Source of the DNA: an uncultured Hyphomicrobiales bacterium
GTDB taxonomy: Bacteria > Pseudomonadota > Alphaproteobacteria > Rhizobiales > Xanthobacteraceae
Direction of reading: 5' to 3'
Length of the DNA stretch: 64,000 nt
NCBI GenBank assembly: GCA_964453555.1
Contig: CAYVPC010000001.1
Span: 2,340-66,339, forward strand
Both the position numbers and the translations under genes were made by a program. This document shows, one piece after another, positions 46,040 through 54,064 of the stretch; positions within the stretch are counted from its first letter, which is position 1; every line of letters starts with the position of its first letter. Under the pieces are notes generated by a model, which was not told the DNA's origin, searched no databases, and worked only from the letters and a program-made list of their open reading frames with translations.

Positions 46040-48174
46040 TGGTATCGCAGGATCGGACGAATTCCATTCAGGCTCGCGAGGATCGCCGAGCCATTGCTGA
46101 TAAGTGCGGTAATTTCCGGGCTGATCAGGCCTCCAGGAAGTGCGAGCGCGAGCGCCAAACTGTTGAGGCCGGCAACAATTGCATAATTCTGGCGGATGAG
46201 GCCTACGGCGCCGCGTGAGATCTCCACGGCCTTCACCAGTTTCCATAAGGAATCTTCCATCAGCACGACGTCGGCCGACTCGCGCGCGACCTCGGCGCCG
46301 TACTTCATGGCGATGCCGACGTCGGCATAGCTCAGCGCCGGCGAATCGTTGATGCCGTCACCGACCATGGCGACCACGCTACCCTGACGCTGATATTTTT
46401 GGATCACTTCGGCCTTGTCTGCCGGAAGCATCTCAGCGTATTGGCGCGAAAGGCCGAGACGCCCGCCCACCGCATGAGCGACTACCGCGTTGTCACCGGT
46501 CAGCATGATGCTGTTGCGGACGCCCATCCCGTGTAGTCGCTGGATGACCTCCCGGCTCTCGGGCCGGATTTGGTCGGTAAACGGCACCAACCCGGTAAGC
46601 GTCCCGTCGACCGCGACGTAGATGCAGGAATGACCCTGTCGGTCGAGTGCTGCGCGATCCGTTTCCGCCGCCCGAATGTTGATCTCGCTTTGCCGCATGA
46701 ACCGTTCATTGCCGACGTGGAGGTAATAGCCGTTGACCTGGCCTTCGACGCCGAGGCCGATGCGATATTTGGTTTCCTCGCAATAGGGAATGTTGGCGCC
46801 AAGTTCCTGGGCTTTGACCCGCAGGGCCTCGGCGACCGGATGTTTAAGGCGTGTTTCCGCCGCCGCCGCGAGGCCGAGCAAATGCCGTCCGGTCATGCCT
46901 CGCTCGTAGCTGATCACGTCAAGGACGACTGGCGAGCCGTGAGTGAGCGTTCCGGTCTTGTCGAAAATCACCGTATCAACTTCGGCCAGGCGCTCCATAT
47001 GCGCGCCGCTCTTGATGATGATGCCGGCGCGCGCGGCGTGGGTCATGGATGCCAGCACGGCGGTGGGCGCCGCAACCCGGATGCCCGTGCCGTAATCAAT
47101 AATGACGAGCGACAGGAAGCGGTTGAAATCGCCGGACAGTGCTGCCGTCCCGACCGCGAGACCCAATGTAGGCAGGACCAGGCGGTCGGCAAACTTCTCG
47201 GCGTGGTTCTGCATCCGCGTATCGCCGACCGGAGCGGACTCGACCAGCCGCGCGATCTGGCCGGCCGTAGTGGATATGCCGACGCGTATGGCACGCACGG
47301 TGAGCTGACCGTCGCGAATGACGGTCGCCGCGAACACGGCCTCGCCCTTCGCGCGCATGACCGGCAATCCTTCGCCGGTGATGGTCTTCTGGTCGATCAT
47401 GGCGTGGCCGTCGAGGATCTCGCCATCGACCGGGATGATCTCTCCAGGGTACACGACAACCTCGTCGCCGACGGCCAGTTCGGAGGCCGGGATTGAAGTG
47501 ACGACATTGTCGCGAATGACCCACGCCGTCTTGGTTTGAAATTCGAGCAGCTCGCTGATCGCGCGGCGCGAACCGGCGGCGGTCAAATCGCGGATCCAGT
47601 CGCCGAGCTTGATCAGCCAGGTTACGATCGCGCCGGCCATCGGATTACCCTGGGCCAGAGACGCCGCGATCGCGAGCGTGTCGAGAAAATCGACGTTGAG
47701 CCGGCCTTCTCGCCGCCAAACGCGCCAAGCCCGCAGCGCGATGGGATAGGCGTTCCATAACATCAGCGGCATGTTGACCGCCGCCACGACGGGATTGGCG
47801 CTAAACGCCACTAACAGCGACACCGTCGGCAGGCCGAGGGGGGTACGCCTCCAGAGGGGCGGGCGGACGGCCGGAGCGGGCACGGACGACGGACGGCGGA
47901 CGCCGGGCGGCGCTGTCTTCTGATCCACGAGCGCTCGCAGATCGTCCAGGCTCATCAGCGAGAGCCGGCCAAGTGTGGCGCGGAGCACCCCTTCAAAACT
48001 GACGTCGTATTCGATGACGAGGCTGGCGCAGGCGAAATTCAGGCGAGCGCGTTTAACGCCTTGCTGCGCTTCCAGCCAGATGACCGCCGCTTCGGCGAGC
48101 TTTTGTTTTCGGGCGAGCGACGGCAAATACAGGCGAATGCGGCCTGACATGAAGTGCCGTACCGAGAATTCCAT
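46036..48174 (-). CDS. P-type ATPase lacking the CPx motif, with an HMA2-like N-terminal domain (FezB-like)
   Basis: TGE (TITGEGLP), DKTGT (FDKTGTLT), MLTGDN and GDGINDSPAL are present. The TM helix that normally carries CPC/CPH/SPC reads LVIIDYGTGIRVAAPTA. The N-terminus is VRHFMSGRIRLYLPSL...SLVIEYD. Confidence 0.85.
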   Translation of the reverse strand: MEFSVRHFMSGRIRLYLPSLARKQKLAEAAVIWLEAQQGVKRARLNFACASLVIEYDVSFEGVLRATLGRLSLMSLDDLRALVDQKTAPPGVRRPSSVPAPAVRPPLWRRTPLGLPTVSLLVAFSANPVVAAVNMPLMLWNAYPIALRAWRVWRREGRLNVDFLDTLAIAASLAQGNPMAGAIVTWLIKLGDWIRDLTAAGSRRAISELLEFQTKTAWVIRDNVVTSIPASELAVGDEVVVYPGEIIPVDGEILDGHAMIDQKTITGEGLPVMRAKGEAVFAATVIRDGQLTVRAIRVGISTTAGQIARLVESAPVGDTRMQNHAEKFADRLVLPTLGLAVGTAALSGDFNRFLSLVIIDYGTGIRVAAPTAVLASMTHAARAGIIIKSGAHMERLAEVDTVIFDKTGTLTHGSPVVLDVISYERGMTGRHLLGLAAAAETRLKHPVAEALRVKAQELGANIPYCEETKYRIGLGVEGQVNGYYLHVGNERFMRQSEINIRAAETDRAALDRQGHSCIYVAVDGTLTGLVPFTDQIRPESREVIQRLHGMGVRNSIMLTGDNAVVAHAVGGRLGLSRQYAEMLPADKAEVIQKYQRQGSVVAMVGDGINDSPALSYADVGIAMKYGAEVARESADVVLMEDSLWKLVKAVEISRGAVGLIRQNYAIVAGLNSLALALALPGGLISPEITALISNGSAILASLNGIRPILRYQ

Positions 48175-48207
48175 CGCGCTGAACTCCCGATCTCGTCGAT
48201 CCTGGGC

Positions 48208-48801
48208 TCAGCCTACAATCCGCACCGGGGCCAGGCTCGGACCGGAATTTTGTTGGTTGGCGTGCGACTGCCGCTCGTGCATCTCGATAAAATGGTTGAC
48301 CGTGAAAATGGCGAGCGTGACCCAAACCGGCGTGGCGGCGGTCGCTCCGACCTCCAACACGGTCAAGCCGATGATTCCGACCGCAAACACGATTTTCAAA
48401 TCGATAGTATTGTTGGTCGCGAGTTTGATTTCGCGATCGACCTTTTTAACGAAATCGACGACGGCGCGTGCCGTATGGGAATGACCGGCGAGGAACTCCG
48501 CCTCCGCCGCGATACTGCTGGTCAGTTTGTCGAGCTCTGTCTCGGCGCCGTGCGCGGGAGTAGATGCGTGTGCGTCGAAATGCGGCCGGAATGAACCGTG
48601 GAATTCGTCGTGGAGATCCGTATCGTAGCGGAGTACGACGCTTCCGGTCGTCGGGTTGGTGACGATCTCTTCGATTCCGGGAATGACCGCGAAGACTTCG
48701 CTGACCTGCTTTAACAGGTCAGGATTGCCCTTGCCGGCCGGAATTTTCATTCGCACCCGGCCCGGCACCTGATGCTCGATTTTGAGGTTCATCTTCGGCA
48801 T
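48208..48801 (-). CDS. Small membrane protein with an HMA2-like / Arg-rich N-terminal motif and a C-terminal TM pair (FezA-like)
   Basis: IEHQVPGRVRMKIPAG...GSVVLRYD parallels the ATPase N-terminus. C-terminal hydrophobic segments are IVFAVGIIGLTVL and TPVWVTLAIFTVNHFI. Confidence 0.6.
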   Translation of the reverse strand: MPKMNLKIEHQVPGRVRMKIPAGKGNPDLLKQVSEVFAVIPGIEEIVTNPTTGSVVLRYDTDLHDEFHGSFRPHFDAHASTPAHGAETELDKLTSSIAAEAEFLAGHSHTARAVVDFVKKVDREIKLATNNTIDLKIVFAVGIIGLTVLEVGATAATPVWVTLAIFTVNHFIEMHERQSHANQQNSGPSLAPVRIVG

Positions 48802-48961
48802 GAAATTTTACTCGCAGCGAAGGTAAGCGCCCGGCCCGCGGATCGGCGGCGCCGCACGCGCGGCCGGGTGGACCGCGCCGAAACGTACAAGATCGCGCAA
48901 GTCCGTCACCGCGCTCAATCGGGATCGCCCAGGCATCGCGTCAGGCATTTGAGCCTTTGCG

Positions 48962-49384
48962 TCAGCTTTGCTGTCCGCTGGCGGCGGTGACCTTCGCCGC
49001 CGGATCGACGTCGCCTTCGGCGTGCACTTCGGCAACGATATCGTGGACCTGCTCGTGAGCTTCGGCCATCATCTCGCGAGTCTTCTGGCTAATTTTGTAA
49101 GCGCCGCGAACGGTCGATCTGAAAAGCGGGTTCAATGCCGCGCCCATTTTCGGGAGATATCGCGGCACGCAAACAGCCACGACGCCGAGAGCGATCCCCG
49201 GCAACAACGCGGCCTCGAAAGCTGCAGCACCGATCCCAACGACGGCGACGGTCGCTACGGTCGCTACGATATCGCCGCCCTCTTCGGCGCCTTGCTCGGT
49301 GGTTTCGGTCTCGGGCGTTTCGGTCTCGACGTGTTCTGCTGAACTTTCAAGACTGCCATTGCCGTCTCTTTTGGATTTCGGCAT
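48962..49384 (-). CDS. DUF5132-like small membrane protein (acidic N-terminus, TM hairpin, basic tail)
   Basis: True ATG at 49384 after GGGGAGAG. The segment VAVVGIGAAAFEAALLPGIALGVVAVCVPRYLPK is paralogous to the N-terminus of ORF 50707..51573. Confidence 0.55.
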   Translation of the reverse strand: MPKSKRDGNGSLESSAEHVETETPETETTEQGAEEGGDIVATVATVAVVGIGAAAFEAALLPGIALGVVAVCVPRYLPKMGAALNPLFRSTVRGAYKISQKTREMMAEAHEQVHDIVAEVHAEGDVDPAAKVTAASGQQS

Positions 49385-49691
49385 GTGACTCTCCCCGCCA
49401 TGTGGCAAAAGCTATGATCCAACGGGCAAATCCCGTGCCAGATACCGTTCGTCGGCATGCGGGCTTTTCGTGGACTGGCCTACCTTTCCCATTTTTTGTG
49501 ACAGTCTGAACACATGCGGACAATAGCCCGGTAATTACCCCTTTTGTCTCCCGGACCGAGCCGATCGCCAAGAAAGCCAAAGCATTGATTAAAAATAAGA
49601 ATCGCTCACGTCGCACCTTCGTCACGTGGGCGAACCAAATTTGACTGTGAGGCGAGCCGCCTTCCATGACCTCCGAAGCGGGCAGGTGCCA

Positions 49692-50615
49692 ATGAACGAC
49701 AAGTCGAAGGATGACCATCACCTTGCGCAGCGTCTCCAGGACGAGATGCTCGAGACCCTGGATGAAGAGCTTGAGCTCGAATTCGCCGATGTCATGCGCG
49801 ACGCTGTCGTTGGCCACGGCGCAGACGGACGGCCAAAAGACAGCATCGATCGCCGCGTCTATTTCCGGGAACTGCTGCGGTTACAGCGCGAACTGATCAG
49901 ATTGCAAGATTGGGTTGTTTATCAAAAGCTTAAGCTGGTTGTCCTGTTCGAGGGCCGCGACGCCGCCGGCAAAGGGGGCGTGATAAAGCGTGTAACCCAG
50001 CGGCTGAACCCGCGGATCTGCAAGGTCGTTGCGCTGCCCGCACCGACCGAGCGCGAGATAACCCAGTGGTATTTTCAGCGCCATGTGGCGCATTTACCGG
50101 CAGCCGGAGAAATCGTCCTGTTTGACCGCAGTTGGTACAACCGGGCGGGTGTGGAACGAGTCATGGGGTTCTGCTCTGAGGCGGATTGCGAGGAGTTTTT
50201 CCGCACCGTGCCGGAGTTCGAGCGGATGCTCGTGGGGTCCGGCATCATCCTGGTGAAATACTGGTTCTCGATTACCGACGAGGAGCAGAATTTCAGATTT
50301 TTGATGCGCGTTCAAGATCCACTCAAACAGTGGAAACTCAGCCCCATGGACTTGGAGTCACGCCGCCGCTGGGAGCACTACACCCGCGCCAAAGAAGAAA
50401 TGCTGCAGCGTACGCACATTCCGGAAGCCCGTTGGTGGGTGGTTGAAGGCGTCGACAAGAAAAGGGCCCGATTGAATTGCATCCATCACCTGTTGCAGCA
50501 GGTTCCCTACGGTGACGTTCATCACGAACCAATTGTGCTGCCGGAACGGGAGCATCAGCCCGATTACGCGCGCCATCCGGTTCCGCAGGAGTTGTTTGTG
50601 CCGAGGGTGTATTAG
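49692..50615 (+). CDS. ppk2: Polyphosphate kinase 2
   Basis: LVVLFEGRDAAGKGGVIKRV (Walker A), FDRSWYNR, and WKLSPMDLESRRRWEHY lid region are typical PPK2. Confidence 0.9.
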   Translation: MNDKSKDDHHLAQRLQDEMLETLDEELELEFADVMRDAVVGHGADGRPKDSIDRRVYFRELLRLQRELIRLQDWVVYQKLKLVVLFEGRDAAGKGGVIKRVTQRLNPRICKVVALPAPTEREITQWYFQRHVAHLPAAGEIVLFDRSWYNRAGVERVMGFCSEADCEEFFRTVPEFERMLVGSGIILVKYWFSITDEEQNFRFLMRVQDPLKQWKLSPMDLESRRRWEHYTRAKEEMLQRTHIPEARWWVVEGVDKKRARLNCIHHLLQQVPYGDVHHEPIVLPEREHQPDYARHPVPQELFVPRVY

Positions 50616-50706
50616 GCGTCCGTGCGGCACGTCGCCGATAAGGCGCGCCCCGGTCATGCTCGCACAGCCGACATCCTCAAAGAATTGATTTTCTGCGCGG
50701 CAACCT

Positions 50707-51573
50707 TCAGGCGGGTCTTGGCAGCAGCCTTGCCGGCGTCGGGTTGGGCGTGCGCTCTTTCGACGATCCATAATAATTCCAGGCCATTTCATGGCCGAGA
50801 TAAACGAAGGGACCGAGCACAAAACCGGAGGCCGACAGCGCCACCGCGGTGGCGAGATCGCCGACGACCACGAAGTTCGTGGTGAAATCCATCGCCGTAG
50901 CGATGGTGCGAAACGTGATTGTCTTGGCCAACGGGCGGCTGATGGTAAATCCTTTTTCCGCGGGGAGTGACCTCCCAGCGTCAGGTCTGACGGCCAGGAA
51001 AATCTTGAGATGAACGCGCTCGTCGGAAGTGCCGAAATAATTCCAGGCCGTCTCGTGAGCGAGATAGAACAGCGGCCCGGCTACCAGAGCGAATGCCGAT
51101 AGGCCTGCCGCCGTGGCAAATTCGCCGAGCACCACGTAATTCACGGTAAAATCCAGGCTCGTGACGATCATCCGAAAGGTGATGGTTTTGACGATCGCCT
51201 GTTTGAGCCCCAATCGGGCAGGGGCGGCGAGTAGCGTCTTGACCTTGGGCTTGCCGGGACGAGTGAACTCGGTTGGCCGGCTTGCCGCTAAGTTGACCAG
51301 CGGTCGCAGACGCCGACGCAGCCCGGAAAGGTACTTCGGCACGTATTTGGGCGCCAACACTGCGGCGCCGCCGATCGCGATACCGGGGAGCAGCGCAACC
51401 TCGAACAGCGCGATGCCCGCCGCGACCACCCCGATTGTTGCAGCCGTGACAACGATATCCCGCTGCCGCGAGGGCCTCGCTTGGCGGGCGGCGGAGCCGG
51501 CGGCGGGACCGGCCGTTGCGGATCGGCGGCGGAGATCGGCCCGGTACTTCGAGACGGTATTATCTTTCTTCAT
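50707..51573 (-). CDS. Fusion protein: DUF5132-like TM hairpin plus two tandem DUF2061 repeats
   Basis: Internal ATG (MKKDNTVSKY...). The N-terminal segment is GVVAAGIALFEVALLPGIAIGGAAVLAPKYVPK. The two repeats are AIVKTITFRMIVTSLDFTVNYVVLG...YLAHETAWNYFG and LAKTITFRTIATAMDFTTNFVVVG...YLGHEMAWNYYG. Confidence 0.65.
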   Translation of the reverse strand: MKKDNTVSKYRADLRRRSATAGPAAGSAARQARPSRQRDIVVTAATIGVVAAGIALFEVALLPGIAIGGAAVLAPKYVPKYLSGLRRRLRPLVNLAASRPTEFTRPGKPKVKTLLAAPARLGLKQAIVKTITFRMIVTSLDFTVNYVVLGEFATAAGLSAFALVAGPLFYLAHETAWNYFGTSDERVHLKIFLAVRPDAGRSLPAEKGFTISRPLAKTITFRTIATAMDFTTNFVVVGDLATAVALSASGFVLGPFVYLGHEMAWNYYGSSKERTPNPTPARLLPRPA

Positions 51574-51745
51574 CGGCGCCTGCTTCGGGCTACGACCCAA
51601 ATAAGCATATAACTTGCGCCGCGTTACGTTTGAATGTCCTCTATCGGCCAGCACCGGAGATATTGGCCGAAAATTCACACTCGGATATCCTCGTTGCGGG
51701 CTTGGGGCCTCGCGCCCCGGTTGAGCAGGTCACTGGGGGCATAAA

Positions 51746-52753
51746 ATGCGTTTGATCTACCTCGCTGCCGTATGTCTTTTGGTATTGCCGGTTGCGGCCG
51801 CCATCCATGGCTATGCAGTCGATGCAAGAGCGGGAGACGTCGTCGCGGATACGGACATCATGCGCAGCGCAACCGGCATACGCGGTCTGCCCGGGCTGGC
51901 GGACCCCACATTAAAGTCCGGCAGTCCCGCGGTGCCGCGAAAGCGGCCCGAAAACATGATCCGTCTCGCTCAGTCCCAGCAGCCCCTAACCACCGGCAAC
52001 CCGAGCGTCGCGCCGTTCAAATGGGTCGGCAGACTGGTTACTCCGGCCCCAACCAAACAGCATCCCAACGAAGTGTCCGAATGCACCGGTCAATTCATCG
52101 GCCCGAATATCGTGCTGACGGCGGCCCATTGCCTGCGCGATCTGCCGGATAATCCGACGGGTCCGTGGTACGACCTGACCAAACAAACCTTCACGCTCCA
52201 GTACCAGGCCGGCGTGGGCTCGCAGATGTTCAAAACGGTGTGTGGAGCGACCAATCCGCAGTGGGTTTTTCCGCCGAATTACGCCCAGATGACGGCCCCT
52301 CAGAAGGATGCCGTCATAGCACAGGCATCCCAGCATGATTTTGCGATGCTCCTTGTCGACGGCAACAGTCCGACCGGCGCGATGCCGTATCAGACCGACT
52401 GGAAAGGCAAATTCAACGGCGCCGTCAAGGTCGGCTATGCGGGCAATATTCTGGACGAGGAAGTTGTCCAGGAATCCCGCGGCATCGTATTTTTTGCAAA
52501 CGATATACCGATGTTTCCGCAGTCACTTCCGAACCTCGTCGTGCAGTGGCAGAGCGCCACCGACTTCACCAATGGCAGCAGCGGCGGCGCCTGGGTCGCC
52601 AATTTCAGCAACAGCGAAGGCGCAAACTCCAACATACTGATCGCCGTGACCTCGTTCGGCAACGACGCCTACCCCGGAGCGACGTTCGGGGCTTACCTGA
52701 CCGCGGCGGAGTTTAATCCGCTGCTCAATTTTGTCGCCAACGGCTGCAAGTGA
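51746..52753 (+). CDS. Secreted trypsin-like (S1 family) serine peptidase
   Basis: Signal peptide MRLIYLAAVCLLVLPVAAA. Catalytic motifs LTAAHC (His), HDFAMLLV (Asp) and NGSSGGAW (Ser). Confidence 0.8.
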   Translation: MRLIYLAAVCLLVLPVAAAIHGYAVDARAGDVVADTDIMRSATGIRGLPGLADPTLKSGSPAVPRKRPENMIRLAQSQQPLTTGNPSVAPFKWVGRLVTPAPTKQHPNEVSECTGQFIGPNIVLTAAHCLRDLPDNPTGPWYDLTKQTFTLQYQAGVGSQMFKTVCGATNPQWVFPPNYAQMTAPQKDAVIAQASQHDFAMLLVDGNSPTGAMPYQTDWKGKFNGAVKVGYAGNILDEEVVQESRGIVFFANDIPMFPQSLPNLVVQWQSATDFTNGSSGGAWVANFSNSEGANSNILIAVTSFGNDAYPGATFGAYLTAAEFNPLLNFVANGCK

Positions 52754-52787
52754 CGGCCGCCGTCGCCGGCCGTCCTTGGGAGCGGTC

Positions 52788-53228
52788 CTAGCTCGCTCGC
52801 TTCCACGTCAGCTGAACGTTGCCGTTGGGGCTTTCCACGACCAATTCGTCGCCATTGAACGCGAGCTTTCGTTTCAAATCGCGCCCGTTCTCGTGGGGCA
52901 GGCTGCTGCCGTCGATGTGGATGGTCATCGAGCTGTCGGAGTCGTTGACGGTGTATGTGCCGTAATACGAGATGTTACGCGCCCGGCCGCCGCTGAGCAC
53001 AATGACCGAAAAATGACCGTTGGCGTCAAACGTCATGGTGCCACGCGGGTTCTCTCCGTAGGGCGCTGTCTGGTTTAGCAGCACCGAGACAAGCTCCCAG
53101 TTGCCGATCAACTTGGTCTTGATCGAAGTCGTCGGCGTTTGCGCGAAAGATGCCGTCGCCCAGCCGATCGTGGCCAAGAAAACGAGCAGCGATGCGGCTG
53201 CTACCATTGCGCGTATTTTGGTCTTCAT
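52788..53228 (-). CDS. Secreted lipocalin-like domain protein
   Basis: Signal peptide, then LIGNWELVSV...GTMTFDANGHFSV...YYGTYTV pattern. Confidence 0.6.
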   Translation of the reverse strand: MKTKIRAMVAAASLLVFLATIGWATASFAQTPTTSIKTKLIGNWELVSVLLNQTAPYGENPRGTMTFDANGHFSVIVLSGGRARNISYYGTYTVNDSDSSMTIHIDGSSLPHENGRDLKRKLAFNGDELVVESPNGNVQLTWKRAS

Positions 53229-53511
53229 GTCCGCGTCCTATCCGCTTGCCGTCGGGCTGGCGCTCCGTTTCGCGAAAATTATAGGCCGTATTGCGGCCAT
53301 CGAACCAGAGCATTTCGGCTGTGGTGGGAGAGGTGTCCGCAGGGTGTGAGCGGGCGCACCGCGGCTTGGCCGGCGCGTTCGGTGGAAGCCGCCGCGGCGG
53401 AATTCGGCCGCGAACACGATCGCCGGCAATGCGGCCCGTAAAAGCGTCTTTTTGCCGCAACGGCGATATGGCATAGTGCGTCTCTTGGGAACCATAACGG
53501 GGGGGTAAAAA

Positions 53512-53967
53512 ATGCGCGTTGCGTGGTTTGGCTTGCTTCTAGGCTTGCTGACGCTTTCGCTGACGAACGCCGTCAACGCGGTCGATTGTCCGTCGGGACA
53601 GACCCTGTGTCCGGACGGATTGAGCTGTATATCGCCGGGTGGCACTTGCGCCACCGCCACAAGCACGGGTGATTTCGGCGCGCTCGCCGCCGGCATCAGT
53701 GGGGGTGTTGTGGGCGTAGGCTCAGCCTACAACTATCCGAGCCTTGGCTCTGCTGAATCGATGGCGCTCCAGGAATGCTCGCAACGTACCGCGAACTGCA
53801 AGGTGGTCGGGACGTTTTCCAACGGTGGGTGCGGCTATATCACGACCGCTGTGACGGGGACGTGCTGGGGCAGCGGTGAGAGCACGGCAATAGCGTTGTC
53901 GGAATGCCAATCGAGAGGGTGCGGCAACTGCCAGGCACCGATCGGTGGCTGCACCAAAAGACCCTAA
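53512..53967 (+). CDS. Secreted Cys-rich DUF4189-like protein
   Basis: Signal peptide, then GALAAG...SAESMALQECSQRTANCKVV...CG...AIALSECQSRGCGNC. Confidence 0.55.
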   Translation: MRVAWFGLLLGLLTLSLTNAVNAVDCPSGQTLCPDGLSCISPGGTCATATSTGDFGALAAGISGGVVGVGSAYNYPSLGSAESMALQECSQRTANCKVVGTFSNGGCGYITTAVTGTCWGSGESTAIALSECQSRGCGNCQAPIGGCTKRP

Positions 53968-53992
53968 GCCATTCTTCGCTTGTCGATCGAGT

Positions 53993-54030
53993 GCGCGGCT
54001 GAAATCCTTCAGCCGCGCCACTTTCCTTTT
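53993..54030 (+). terminator. Rho-independent terminator between the DUF4189 gene and tolC (convergent)
   Basis: gcgcggctgaa / atcc / ttcagccgcgc: perfect 11-bp stem with a 4-nt loop, followed by cactttcctttt. Confidence 0.7.
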
Positions 54031-54064
54031 AGTGGGAGTTTCTGCGCGAGACCGGAGTGGACCA

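Noticed and set aside
46570-47496. 308-aa plus ORF inside the P-type ATPase gene
   Set aside because: It is antisense shadow. The minus frame has the DKTGT, TGDN and GDGxND motifs.
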